From Felis catus (lineage: Eukaryota), in NCBI RefSeq assembly GCF_018350175.1, contig NC_058368.1, positions 80,912,001 to 80,976,000 on the forward strand: a stretch of DNA of 64,000 nucleotides, given 5' to 3'. A program made the translations under genes and the position numbers. The notes under the pieces were generated by a model. That model had not been told where the DNA came from. It saw nothing but the letters and a program-made list of their open reading frames with translations, and did no database searches. Within the stretch, counting starts at the first letter, position 1; every line of letters begins with the position of its first letter. This document shows positions 1 to 12,368 of this stretch, in pieces.

Positions 1-1273
1 CTTGCTTGTGGAGGGCGGGTAGGTTCAGCACCCTCTAGGCCTAGCCACGTGCACATAGATGCTCCCGGAACGCGCGCTGCACTGACTTGATGTGTAAGTT
101 GTAACTGAGGCTGTATCCTCTCTCCCCTCCCGTGTGACCCTAGACCGCACTGCCTATCACTGGTGCGTGGGACCGAGTCTGGACCCCATCCGGCCCTACC
201 CGACGCCCCGGCTCGGCCTCCGTTCCCCACCAGCCCCTCAGGTGTGGCGTTCTGATCTCAAGCAAATTCCCTTCAATATTTCACAGAAAGAAAACTCGAT
301 TTCCAACACGAAACCTGTTCCTAGGCTTCCTGCACGACTGAGCCGGGCCCTCCTTCCGACACCGGGCCCGTCTTTGTTCAGAGGAAGGAAGAATGAGGTA
401 GACTGCAGAGTGCTCGGGCAGGCGTCTGCTGCTCTAGGAACACGTGTATTGTGGCGTATCATGTAACGGTGCGCTGTGGGGAATAGTAATGAATAGTTGG
501 GACCACAATAATGCGCATTGTTGATGTTTGTTAAAATAAAGATATTCAATTTATAATAAAAGGGATTAAAAGCTTAATTCATGGCTATGTTAATATTTGC
601 CTGCGAGTACTCAGATAAAGGGTGACGCACCTTATCACGTCGAACACCTGCGCGCACAAGTTCCTCCACGGAGATCTCCATGGGATTGCATGTTTTACAG
701 AGCTTAAACTTTCATTTCCCAAAATAATGATATCATTCATTTACAGATATAGATAGGCTCTCCTCACTCCAACTCTATCCTGCAATGAGTATTGTGACTT
801 CAGCTACAAAAATGCGGATTAATGGCGGCAGTGATCCGCCGCGATTTTCCCACCGCAACAGCAGACGAGCAGGCAGGCGCCAGCCAGCCGTGTGTGCACG
901 CTGTCGCTTCTGGACGCCCGCAGGCTGCCCCCACCTGGAGGTTCTCCCGCCAGTAGAGGGGCACGGGGGAACCGGCGTGGTGGAAAGTGCCTGGCCACAG
1001 ACACTTGTGAATCGAATCATGTTTTAAAGTATCCTGGCTGGGGTGGGGGGCTTTGCTCTTTGTGGGAGGTTTGTGACAAATTGTTTGGGTGAAGTGTCCT
1101 GATGGAAAGTTAACACGTGCTTGTGAGCACCTCTGACTTCATCATCCTGGGCTAATTCCCTAGGAGATGCGGAGGTATGGTCAACTGTTGCCTGTAGCCT
1201 CAGAACCCCCACCAAAGTACTAAGCTACATGTTATGTAGATGGTAGACTGTTGACATATTTAAAGATCTTGGT

Positions 1274-1664
1274 TGTATCAGTGTCCTGGGGCGGCAACAG
1301 AGCCCCACCCCGGGGGGGGCTGCACCACAGACCTTGCTTCCTCCCAGTCCTGGAGGTGCTGGCCTGGGATCGGCGTGCGAGCCCAGGATTGGGGTGTGGG
1401 CAGGGCTGTGCTCTCTCTGACGGCACTGTGGAAGGGGGTCCCGCACACGCCCAGAGTCCCCGCGATGGTTCCTGTGGTCTCTGCTGTGTCCAGACCTCGT
1501 CTTTTATAAGGACACTGTCCCTGGATTAGGGCCACCCGACCCCTGTATGGCCTCAACCAACCACATCTCCAGCAACCTTGTTCCCAGATAAGGCCACATC
1601 CTGCGGTTCTGGGGGTCAGGGCTTGAAGATATGCCTTGTCGAGGACACGATTCAGCCTGTTACA
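1274..1664 (-). mobile_element. MaLR solo LTR, MLT1B/C-like, GC-rich derived variant
   Basis: TGT...ACA termini and near-matching 5-bp TSD (TTGGT 1269-1273 / GTGGT 1665-1669). Contains MLT1-type motifs ttataaggacac..ggattagggcc, ttcccagataaggccacat and attcagcctgttaca. Confidence 0.8.
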
Positions 1665-2489
1665 GTGGTGGTAGCAGCTGGAGTCCTGGATGGCATAGAT
1701 GGCAGGGACCGGCATGAGGCCGGTGGTCTGAGCAGACGCTGCCTCACCCAGGGAGGTGGCCCAGAGAAGCTGGGCCCTGGGCAGGGCTGTTCTGTGGCCC
1801 CTGGCTAGCTTCTTGTTCCCAGACTTGCAGGAGTGCATGAGACAAGCATATGGGCTGGCCCCACAGTCACCGTGGAGGAAGCCACCCCCGTGGCCGGGAT
1901 CAGATGTAGGGAGATGGGGTAGACCCAGAACTCCCAGTGTCTCGAAATACAAGGGCGGTAAACTGTGATGCTCCTGGAAGTCAGGGAAGTGCTTCCTGGA
2001 TGCAGATGGATGGACCCCGGTGATGGCGTTGGCGGTATCTGAGCCCAAACGCAGTAGCTCGTGGCCCACACGCGTTTCCAGGCCTCCCCTCGTTCTGGGC
2101 CTGTGGAAATGAGTGAGGGCTCAGGAGCTGACGGGGTTGACCATACGCTCATCCGAAGAGCTCCTGTGGTCCTCCTGTTGTATTCGTCACAGATGCATGA
2201 CGTGACCCTCCACCAGGAGGAGGCCCTGATCCTGCTGTCTAGATAAAAGTGGGTGTTGAGTAATTTTCTCCAAGGGTCTCAGCTTCTGCTGGGTTTTGGC
2301 CCCATCAGCTTGGGTCCAGAGAGCTTGCTCTCGACCCTGTGCTGTCAGCCCCCTCCACAAAAACCACAAAAGGTTTCAGGAGGATGCGTTAGGGAAGAGC
2401 TTGCCGGTAAGCAGAAAGATAACTGGCTGGCTGTAAGGGCTGGCTAAGCTCTGGTGTCTGGTGGGAGGAAATCTGGCTTTCATGGGCTG

Positions 2490-2780
2490 GAAGCTGTGTG
2501 TGCAGGGCATGGGAAATAAGTTGGGTAGGAAAGGTTGGAGTGACTATATAAGGGTTTAGAAGCAAGCAGAAGTCTCTAAAGTTGAGTCTTGCAGTGAGCA
2601 GGTGCCATAAACTGTTCAGAAAGAGGCGGACATGTTGGGGAAGGTGGGCCAACTGGTCAGAGGGGGACCAGAAGCAGACACCTAGTGGCCTGCTCCCCAC
2701 GGAGGGGGAGTGGGGGCGGGGGCCATGGTCTAGGTGTGGTGACGAGCTGCGGAGGTTGGATAAAGAGGAAAGAAAGGTTT
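2490..2780 (-). mobile_element. L2 fragment (degraded)
   Basis: Purine-rich segment resembling antisense L2 3' region (ggtaggaaaggttggagtgactatataagggtttagaagc...gaggcggacatg). Boundaries approximate. Confidence 0.4.
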
Positions 2781-3595
2781 TCAGTAGAAGACACTAAATT
2801 AGAACAGATTTACTGCAAGAATAGGCATTATACATCGTGATTATTCTTGGCCCTTATAATTTCATATGATTTAATATTTTTCTCAAAGAACCCATTGCGT
2901 ATGCACTTGAAGTTGATTTCAAAAACAAACGTTCTGGGACTTTGCATGCAAATAGACCCACACATCTGATAAAGTTGCCAGATCCTGTGTCCCTTTATGT
3001 ATTTCAGTTTGTGGCTCAGGAAACATGGGTCCAGGAGAAGACAGGGGGCTGTGAGCCACCACGCCAAGACCGAAGGGGCAGCGTGGGGACAGGCGGGCTC
3101 AGGAAGGCTGGCGGGTCTGGGAGCACAGCCTCGGGCTGACACCTCGGCCGGGCTGACGTCTCAGCAGACACAGCGCAGCCCGGAGCAGGCCTTGAGAGGT
3201 GGGGAAGGCTGGGCTTGTGGAGACAAGAGCCCAAGGGCCAGAATCAGCAAGTGCGTGGGCACCGGGCCCCAAGCCGGGCTCACAAGTTGTGCTTGTCTTG
3301 TTTGATTCGGTGACCTCTGGCGAGGGCTTGTCGGAGGCCAGGTCCACCGGGTGCCGCATGGGCAGGGCAGGGCAGGCCTACGCCCTGCCTCACGTGCTGG
3401 AGACACGCCTGGTTCTGGGGCAAGCATCAGTGCAGCTGCCTCTGAGTGTGGACAGAGGAGGCAGCCTGACAGCCTCATCTTCTACCTCTATGTCTGAAAA
3501 GTGGACACAGGACACGCCATCCATTGGTGCTGTTCACACACGTGAATTCATCCATATGCACAGTTGCACAGTGTTGTCTAAAAAGTCACCTTTAT

Positions 3596-3819
3596 GGGGC
3601 ATCTGGGTGGCTCAGCGGCTTAAGTGTCCGACTTTGGCTCAGGTCATGATCTCACTGCTTGTGGAGTCCGAGCCCCTCATCGGGCTCTGTGCTGACAGCT
3701 CGCAGCTTGGAGCCTAGAGCCTGCTTCAGATTCTGTTTCCATCCCTCTGCCCCTTCCCTGCTCGCTCTCTCTTCCTTTCTCAAATTAAATAAATGTAAAT
3801 AAAACAAATATAAAAAATT
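3596..3819 (+). mobile_element. CanSINE
   Basis: GGGGCATCTGGGTGGCTCAG head, CT tract and A-rich tail; 16-bp TSD TAAAAAGTCACCTTTA (3579-3594 / 3820-3835). Confidence 0.95.
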
Positions 3820-4018
3820 TAAAAAGTCACCTTTAAACACGTACATCATGGATTCTTTACAGAAGATACTGAACGATGCGCGGTTAGGATAGCTGCACGA
3901 CCAGGATGCGCAGTGGCTTCCGGTCACAGGGACCGTGTCTGAAGGAACATGGAGGAGGAATGGTGGAGGGGGTTTGCATAAAGAGCCTCTGATGGGGACC
4001 AGTTTGTGTTCCCGTGGG

Positions 4019-4223
4019 CTGCACTGTCCACTATGTCAGTACCCAGCTGCCGGCGGCCGTCAGATTCGAGTTAATTCATATTGAATATATTACAGCCTTA
4101 GTTCCTCAGTTACACGGGCCACATTTCAGGTGCTCAAAGAGCCACACTGGCTGCTGGCCACCGCACTGGACAGAGCAGGTGTGGGACATTTCCATCACTG
4201 CAGAGACTGCCGGGATGGCGTTG
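4019..4223 (-). mobile_element. MER3 (hAT-Charlie MITE)
   Basis: Matches the antisense MER3 pattern (ctgcactgtcca...ttcctcagttacac..gccacatttcaggtgctc...tggacagagcag...acatttccatcactgcaga). Degenerate 8-bp TSD CCCGTGGG / CCCTAGGG. Confidence 0.8.
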
Positions 4224-6311
4224 CCCTAGGGGACCACGTCTGCAGATCTAGAAACACCGTGGGGTGATCTGGTGTAGCTGGTTGTTTGTGTTACAAAATG
4301 AAATCAACGTCCCTGTAACTATCGTCCCCCCCCCCCCCTTATTTCCCTGTTGTCACTGTTTATGTAGGACAGGTCTATTTTCTATCTATTTTAGGTAGTA
4401 AAATACCAAAGTGGGTTTTAAAAGAGTCTATTTTAACTCTTTAGCTAGAAAAAGGCCAAAGTGGGACTTTGGAACAGTGGTAGGAAGGAGCAGCTAACAA
4501 AGTCGGCAAGACTAAAATTGTAACTGGCAGATTATACAGTGTAACAAGCGAAACTAGCAACCTTTGAAGTTGGTCGTTTGTTTTTAGGCGGCCACTGCAG
4601 CAATATTTCATTGTAGCTAAGTTTCAAATGCAGGGCAAAATGAAGCCAGTCTGCTCACTTGTAGGTTAAGAGGCACTTCTAAAGGTAGCTGGGGGCCCCT
4701 TCATTCTTTGCGCCACCAGCCGCCTGTTAGGAGCTCCCAACGCCGCGGTGGCTTCGGGCTTGGCAGCTCCAGGAATTTGATTTCCTTTCAGCTCTGCAGT
4801 TGATGAGCTGGGTGACGTTGAGGATCTACCTGAGTAGATCCACCGAGCCTCAGTTTTCTCAGTGAAGAGGGATCCTGTGGCATCTCCCGTATGGGCTCCC
4901 GTCAGAGCGGGATGTGAACTTAGCGCCGGACCCAACACACGCAAACCACCAGCTGTGCTTTGCGCCTGGTGCGGTTATGGCTGGTGGGCGCTGGAGACCA
5001 GGTAGGCTGGTGTCAGATGCGAGGATGGATTTAAAACTGCTGTCTTCACAGCCAGATCACGGCTTCCTGGGCAGGCTAAGAACTGGGCGCCCTTCCGAGC
5101 AATTTTCTATTCGTACACGGGTGGCATTCAACAGCAAGATTTTGCTAGCTTTTGAAACAGAGAACTGAACGAATAGAGCATAAAAAATTGGAACTTTTCT
5201 GATGAGACTGGTTTCATTTGACTCCGTGAGTGACCCGTGGATCATTTAAGTCTGACGGCGACACCCGGGCTGTTCCCAGATGCTCCCCGCGGACCAGCAG
5301 GCTTGCACGCAGCATTTGTGAGCAGGGCAGTCCCACGCGGCTGTGTGAGCCCTTTCTGCACAGGGAGTGGGCAGATGTCACTTGCATAGCACTGGGGTTG
5401 TGCCAGCACGTGTCACAGCTGCCAGATGAGCAAGAGAGGGAATCCGAGGTCAGGGCCAGGTCGGGACATGCTGGCGTCCGAAGGTTGGCTCTGTGGAGGA
5501 TGGGGGCCCGGCTGTGGAGCGGCCGTGGTGGTCTCTGTGTGTGGACAGGGGTGGCCCGAGACCAGCGAGGCTCCTATAAGGTTGAGGAGTGAGACCCCCG
5601 ACCCGAGGAGGGCGGCTGGGTGGGCGTCCACAGCAGGGGAGGGGCCGGAGAGTCCCTGTGGGACGGATGCTGGTTGTCCTGGGACAACAGTAACCTCAGA
5701 AAGGGACTCTGGAAAGGCACCTGGGAGGCTGGTGGATGGGGAGGTAAGTGCCCTTCCACGTTCACTGTGAACTTGATGCGTTCCCTGACTGTGACAGCAC
5801 AGGACCGCTCCCTGTCACCCTTAGTCGCAGAGCCCCGATTCTGGCTGAGCCGTCCCTAAATGAAGATGATGCTCCCGCCCTTCTCTGCGGCCACCTTGGC
5901 CTCACCCCGCGTGCTAGCTACTGAGGGCAAACAGACGTGTGCATGTGACTTCCCGAATAGCTCTTTGGAGGCACACGGTGTGATGTTCTCAATCCGTCAC
6001 CTCTGCCCGCCCCTGGAAGGACACCGGGAGGGACAGAGTGACAAGAGGCATACTGCATGAAAGGAGCTGTGTTTCTGACGCTCAGAGGCCTTCTGCTCCA
6101 GGCGCCTTCATGTGAGGGACAAATATGCCCTTACTGGATAAAGTCACTCTTCTCCCAGGGGTTGCTGTTCAGTCTGCCCAGGGCCAAGCTTCCCTCCAAC
6201 CCCCACACCCCAGAAGGGGTGCTTCCGTGAACGGAGAGGGGCCTGGAGAGGGCCCTGGAAATAGGAGGACTAGACTACCCTGAATATATAATTCTTACTG
6301 AATTTATTTCT

Positions 6312-6543
6312 TCTTTTCTTAAAGAGAGCTTTTTTAAAAATATTTACTTCTGAGAGAGAGAGAGAGAGAGAGCGAGCACAAACGGGGAAGGGGCAGACAG
6401 AGAGGGAGACACAGAATGGGAAGCAGGCTCCAGGCTCTGAGCTGTCAGCACAGAGCCCGACGTGGGTACTGAAACCACGAACTGCGAGATCGTGACCTGA
6501 GCTGAAGTCAGACACTCAACCAACTGAGCCACCCAGGCTCCCC
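6312..6543 (-). mobile_element. CanSINE
   Basis: Antisense SINE with (GA)n tract; TSD TTAcTGAATTTATTTCT / TTAtTGAATTTATTTCT. Confidence 0.95.
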
Positions 6544-6574
6544 TTATTGAATTTATTTCTACGTAAGACAAGTT

Positions 6575-6715
6575 TGGTTCAGTTGACCTGTTAAATTACT
6601 TAATTTTTGTGGACTCTGTTTCCTTATCTGTGGAGTGGGCACAATAATACCACTTGGAAGCTGGTTGTGAGAATTGCCTAGCGGAATGCCCAGCACACAG
6701 AATAGACTCGCAGAC
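6575..6715 (+). mobile_element. MIR fragment
   Basis: MIR core-like ttacttaatttttgtggactctgtttccttatctgt...gttgtgagaatt...cccagcacacagaatagactc. Confidence 0.65.
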
Positions 6716-7831
6716 TCGATGCATGTGGGTCACAGAGCATCAGTGTTATAGGTACTCAGGTACATTCTGTAAGAACACTGAGTGAAGAACAAGGTACTTT
6801 GCTTTTTTTGCGAAGATCTGATTCTCATCCCTCTTTGGTTTGGTTTTCTCGAGGCTGCTCCTTCCGATCATGGACCGTGCATTCAAATGAGAATAAAAAG
6901 AATCCACGTTTTTTGATACGTGGGGCTAATCTCTGAATCCCTGGTATAAAGTGAATTCCCGAATATGTCCAATATGTCTTTATCTGAATTACTGTCATTT
7001 TCAGTGTTGGTTAGTAAATGATGGCAAGTCTGCCTTTAGTCTTCTGTAGAGTGGAGGGAAATATTTATATAGGTGTGGGTGTGTGCACGCACATACACGT
7101 GCGTGGCTATTACGGAGTGTGGAATAGCTGGTCAGTTCCCTCCAAGTAAAGGAGGAGTGAGTACAGGTTTCGAGGGGGTTGCTTCAGAGTCCACTCCTCC
7201 TGGGCGTTGTCGTGACACAGTTCAGCTCTGCCTTAGCCTGGACATTTTTAAAGATAACTATGTTTATAGGAAGATGGGCTTCTGTCCCCACTCCTTCATT
7301 TACACAGAATGACTTTTTCTTTAAACACTGGGACTTTTGTTATGCTAATCAGGCAGGGACCATTTCCAATTCAATTTCACCTGGGCCTGGTCAGCGGTTC
7401 CCTTTTGTGGCGTCTCTGGGGACCTTCCTTGTCTTTTAAGCTGTAATTTAGTTGGAGCTGCCGTCAATTTCCTGTGCTCATTACGTCTGCCGCGGTATCT
7501 CGGCCCTGTCATTGTGCTGATGTTCCAGACCGGAGGGGAGCGTGCCTCTCAGGCTGGCCTTCTGCCCGCCTCATGGCCCAGACCCGGGTCCCCTGGCCGC
7601 CCGCAGATGCCCTGTTCTCAGGTTGGTTCACATCAGATCTGGAGATGGGAGCTTGGCTCTGCAGAGACCTGTCAGGAGACGCCACTGCTCAGTGATTACT
7701 TAGTGGTTTCAACCAGGCGCACAGGCTGGGCCACGGCTCTCGCTCTGGCCCATCCTGGGAGAAATGAGCTTTTAAACCCACACTGTCAAAGTTGACACAG
7801 GAACACCAACCATTAAGAGTGTCTGATGATT

Positions 7832-7960
7832 GGGGTGCGTGGGGGGCTCAGTCGGTTAAGCGTCCGGCTTCGGCTCAGGTCACGATCTCACGGTTCGTGG
7901 GTTCCAGCCCCACGTCGGGCTCTGTGCTGACGGCTTGGAGCTTGGAGCCTGCTTTGGATC
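7832..7960 (+). mobile_element. CanSINE, 3'-truncated (no CT tract or tail)
   Basis: Intact head and body to ...ggagcctgctttggatct, then unrelated sequence. Confidence 0.9.
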
Positions 7961-10268
7961 TTTCCCAGTTGTCATGGAAGTCAACGTCAGCCAGTTCCTG
8001 AATCGGGGCGCCCGGTGTGGGGAGGCTGGGCCTTGAGCAGTTTTCTGGTGGGAAAAATGAAAACACACACCTGCTGGCATGAAGCGGGGGCTTCGTAGCT
8101 GCCAAGCTCCCACACACAATCGAGGTGAGCCGAGAAGAGACCTGCCAGAACAGCCGGGCATCCCGCTTGTGGGAAAAACGGAACCTTTGGATCAGGCCTC
8201 AGAGGTTCATGTTGGCCTTATAACCGAGGGTGATTAGTTGCGGTGGACTTAAAAAAAAATCTAATTTCCTATAACAGGTGAAGGTGACATTAACAAAACC
8301 GAGGAGACAGACACATGTGCCTTGTGAGTCTCTAGAATATTCCCTTCATCTGCAGTGCTCAGTGTGCTTGGATCTTGGTGTTTTCTTGTGCTGTTCCTCC
8401 TGGACCCCTGCAGCAGGTTAAGCTGATCCTAATGTTGGCACCTGCCTCTCAGAAAAACAAATACAGCAAAGATTCCCTCTTCCTTTATCTGAATAATGGC
8501 TCAATTTATTAGTTGTGGATTAATCAATCTCCTTATTCCAAAAGAATTCTGAAGTAGTTGCATTATTAACCCAGGGGATAATTTCCTTCATTTACCATAA
8601 AGGTTTTGCAGAAAGTTTGAGGCCAGCCACGTTCACTTATCTCAGGAAGTTGCCTCGTTTTCTCGCCCAAGTGTCGGAGGGAACAGTGAGTGTTAGAGAA
8701 ACACGTGTGGGCTCACACAGGGCCCTGCCCCCACAGGCTCGGCTTTCCTCCCTCCGCCTGAACCTTCTCACTGGCAGTGTTGCAGCCTAAGAAAGAAGGT
8801 TCTAGCACCCAGACTCCCTCAGCACTCCCTTTCAGTCTCGGTTTTACTTCATGAGATATCTCTGGCTGAAAAATTGCAATTAAACTTAGTCTTGTACTGA
8901 CATACTCGAGCATATTGCTTTTTACTCCTTCCCTCCAAATACAGCTACTGTCTAGTACAAATGGAAAGTGAGGCAGGGAGGTAAATGGCCTTGGCCAAGG
9001 TCGCCCAGCAAGACCCCTGAATATCCTGACCCCTGCAGAACTCTGGGCCAGCTCTCCACAAGCCCCACCACGCCCGCAGGTGTGCTAGCAGGGGGAGGCA
9101 GTGGAGGCCCCAAAGAGCCAGAGGCCGGACATAATACTCTAATACCACTTTGTGATGTCTGCGTTAAGATGACACACTGCAGTGACAGGGCCTCACAGTG
9201 GGAATATCACAATGGAGTGGGAGATTGTCACTGAGGCCAGGGCTCCCTGGGAGTCCATTCAGAGAAGGGGGTTTTCATTTTGCAGGCTTCTTAAAAGTTT
9301 GTTTCTGAAAGACACCTTTACTGGGATTTTTTTCCCCCAGCTCAAACATGCGCTGCCCTGGAGTAAACAGTCCGTATGTAGGGTTGCTCATTTTATTACC
9401 TGCTTTGGAATATCACCTGCTGGCCCCCAACACTGGGTCTTTTCTGGAAGTCAGAGGGGAGCATTCATTTGTTTTCAAAATAAGAACGCGCAAGAATGGT
9501 CTTTGCTCTGACTATGGATGCCACCGCCTCTCGTGTCAGTATATGCAGGTGCAGGCTCTTAGATGGGCGATGGCCTCACGGATGGGCGATCCAGAGGACG
9601 GACACTTGGGCAGTGCGTGAGGGCCGCCAGGAAGGACCTGAAGGACCATTCTGGTGCCTTGCATGTCACCCAAAGAAATGCATTCCTTTGGATAAAGGTT
9701 CTTTGGCCCTTTGTAAAGATGCCCCCCAAAGTACCACCACTCAACATTCAAGGCCTCATTAGGGCAACCGGTCTGAGCGATAGGTGTCATTTGAAGCGTG
9801 TTGGAGGACTTCTAGAGGAAGCCATGACCTCGGACCACACCATGTAATTGTTGGCCCCTTGTAAGTTGGTCGGCAGGACTAGTTTGTGCCTGTCTGCACA
9901 GCCTTGCGGGGGTGACGGTGGCCCTGGTTTGCTCACCTGTGGTCCGGGTTCTCAGCAGTCAAAGGTCAGGGGGGGTGAAGCATCCCTCCTGTGACTCCTC
10001 CTCACCTCTGGTGCCCAGAACCCAGAGGCTTTCTTCAGAAAGGTTCTCTCCAGGCTTCCAGCTCTTACTCTGGTCCTTGCTCCATGTTGCTAAATACCCT
10101 GCTTACACTGCTCTTCCTTGAGTTTTCAGTTTGGGGTTTTACATATTGCCCTACTAAGGGTAAGGAAATTTAACCTCCTTCGCTTTCTCAGAAGCCTACT
10201 CTCTCTCCCCCCATTGTGCCCATATGGGAATACTCTAATAGTTGGTCACACGGATACCCAGCATTTCT

Positions 10269-10486
10269 TTTTTTTTTTTTTTTTTTTTTTTATTTATTTT
10301 TGGGACAGAGAGAGACAGAGCATGAGCGGGGGAGGGGCAGAGAGAGAGGGAGACACAGAATCGGAAGCAGGCTCCAGGCTCTGAGCCATCAGCCCAGAGC
10401 CTGACGTGGGGCTTGAACTCACGGACTGCGAGATCGTGACCCGGCTGAAGTCGGACGCTCAACCGACTGCGCCACCCAGGCGCCCC
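10269..10486 (-). mobile_element. Young felid CanSINE (SINEC_Fc type)
   Basis: Perfect 16-bp TSD GATACCCAGCATTTCT (10253-10268 / 10488-10503); long pure T (antisense poly-A) run; gagccatcagcccagagcc and ccgactgcgccaccc diagnostics. Confidence 0.97.
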
Positions 10487-11096
10487 TGATACCCAGCATT
10501 TCTATGAACTTGCTGACCCACGTGCCATTCATGCTGTCACGGGATGCATGAAGATTGAGCTTTGTTCCTTGCACTTTTTGTTTATCCTGGAGTGGTTTTG
10601 TTCTCTTTCCATAATTTCCTACATACTTCCTGCAGATCTATCTGTAAATGCTTATAATTTAAATACAAAGCGTTAGACTGACGTTGCCCCATCTGGACGG
10701 ACTGCCCTCTAGACCAGCCACCTGGCCGGTTTTCTGGACTCTTCTACCCTGACCCTCCTGCGATAGTTTAACCACTCTGCTGGCCAGATCCTGTTTCCTG
10801 GATGCCACGTTGAGCACGGACAGTTTTGTCTTCCTTTTGGTAGATCGCATCTTCCACTACCTTTCTGAAGAAAGTGTGTGTGGAAGGTGATGTCTTGTTT
10901 TCTGCATGCGGCCTTAGCTGGTGGTTGGCTGGGGATAGACATCTAGGTCACGTGTGATTGTCCCTCAGGTTTTAAAGATGTTACTCTCCCATCTTCGAGC
11001 TGCTGGTGCCGGGAGCCCCGAGGCCATTCTGGTTCTGGATTTTTGTCCTGAACTCCTTTCTGTCCCATCCCTAGAAGCTTTAAAAAGGATCTTCTT

Positions 11097-11326
11097 GGGT
11101 CGCCTGGGTGGTGCAGTCGGTTAAGTGTCTGACTTCAGCCAGGTCACGATCTCGCGGTCCGTGAGTTCGAGCCCCGCGTCGGGCTCTGGGCTGATGGCTC
11201 AGAGCCTGGAGCCTGTTTCCGATTCTGTGTCTCCCTCTCTCTCTGCCCCTCCCCCGTTCATGCTCTGTCTCTCTCTGTCCCAAAAATAAATAAAAAACGT
11301 TGAAAAAAAAATTAAAAAAAAATAAA
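11097..11326 (+). mobile_element. Young felid CanSINE (SINEC_Fc type)
   Basis: Full head-to-tail copy flanked by TAAAAAGGATCTTCTT at 11081-11096 and 11327-11342. Confidence 0.97.
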
Positions 11327-11344
11327 TAAAAAGGATCTTCTTTT

Positions 11345-11569
11345 GGGGCTCCTGGGTGGCTCAGTCCGTTAAGCATCTGACTCTCGGTTTCAGTTCAAGT
11401 CATGATTTCACAGTTCTTGAGTTCAAGCCCCACGTTGGGCTCTGCATTGACAGTGTGGAGCCTGCTTGGGATTCTCTTTCCCTCTCTCTCTGTCCCTCCC
11501 CTGCTCATTCTGTCTGCCTCTCTCTCTCTCTCTCTCTGAAAATAAATAAATAAACTTAAAAACAGTATG
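11345..11569 (+). mobile_element. Older CanSINE
   Basis: Full copy flanked by TAAAAAGGATCTTCTTTT at 11327-11344 and 11570-11587. Confidence 0.95.
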
Positions 11570-12029
11570 TAAAAAGGATCTTCTTTTGATCCCAATATAC
11601 TGAAGCTTCAAGAGCATGGTCTTTGATATTTATTGTAGGAATCTGTGGATGGTTGTCTGTCATTCAACGGATGGGTCACTGAAGTCTGGATACTCACATT
11701 CTTCCATCTGGGAAGTTTTCTCCTAATTCTTTCATAATTTCTTCCTCTACGTTTTCCTTCTTTGCTTTACCTGGAGTTATACTACTCAAATATTCTGTCT
11801 TTTGTGTGGACCACTTAATTTTTCTTATTTTGGCTCTCTTTTTCATTTTGTTGATTTTTCATATTGTTTATTTCTGAACAATTTCATCATCTTTCTCTCC
11901 TAAATTTTTCATTTTAATCCTACTTTTAATTCTTAAGGTCTCTTATTTTTTCCTTGAGTATGACTTGGATGTCTTGGTTACTAAGATGCAACATCTTCTC
12001 CTCAACATTATTAGTGGTTAGCTTTTTAA

Positions 12030-12211
12030 GAATTTTCTACGATGTTTATTTATTCTTGGGGGGGGAGAGGGGCAGAGAGAGAGAGAGGGAGACACAGAAT
12101 CTGAAGCAGGCTCCAGGCTCTGAGCCCAACATGGGGCTTGAACTCACAGACCGCGAGATCATGACCTGAGCCGAAGTTGGTTGCTTAACCGACTAAGCCA
12201 CCCAGGCGCTC
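12030..12211 (-). mobile_element. CanSINE with internal deletion
   Basis: Antisense SINE; TSD TTAGCTTTTTAA (12018-12029 / 12215-12226). Confidence 0.92.
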
Positions 12212-12368
12212 TGCTTAGCTTTTTAAAAGAAAAAGCTCTTCTGACCCCTGCCCGAGTTCCTCCTGTCGATCTGTTCACTTGTTCATTTTCGTCTCCGCCT
12301 TTCTCGTTCATTCCTCTTGCACATCTGGTGGCCGTGGCTGCAGGCACATTGGAAGGCGCGATGGTAAA

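Larger units (their letters stand above)
10860..12310 (-). mobile_element. HAL1 / ancient L1-like fragment interrupted by three SINEs
   Basis: T-rich antisense segments typical of HAL1 (ttggctggggatagacatctaggt...ttgtccctcaggttttaaagatgtt...ttccatctgggaagttttctcctaatt). Boundaries approximate. Confidence 0.55.

Noticed and set aside
1278..2069. Longest ORF (263 aa, - strand); its RGRVALIQG...AETTG peptide recurs in ORF 26799-27203
   Set aside because: The shared peptide is simply the translation of the two related LTRs. The track start is not an ATG and there is no recognisable domain.
3596..3680. tRNA-like A/B boxes in SINE heads
   Set aside because: tRNA-derived SINE promoters, not tRNA genes.
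4373..4465. Degenerate ~53-bp duplication (gtctatttt...ccaaagtggg twice)
   Set aside because: Old, diverged local duplication with no further structure.
11081..11588. Three identical short repeats separated by ~230-bp spacers, superficially CRISPR-like
   Set aside because: The spacers are SINEs and the repeats are TSDs; this is mammalian DNA with no cas genes.
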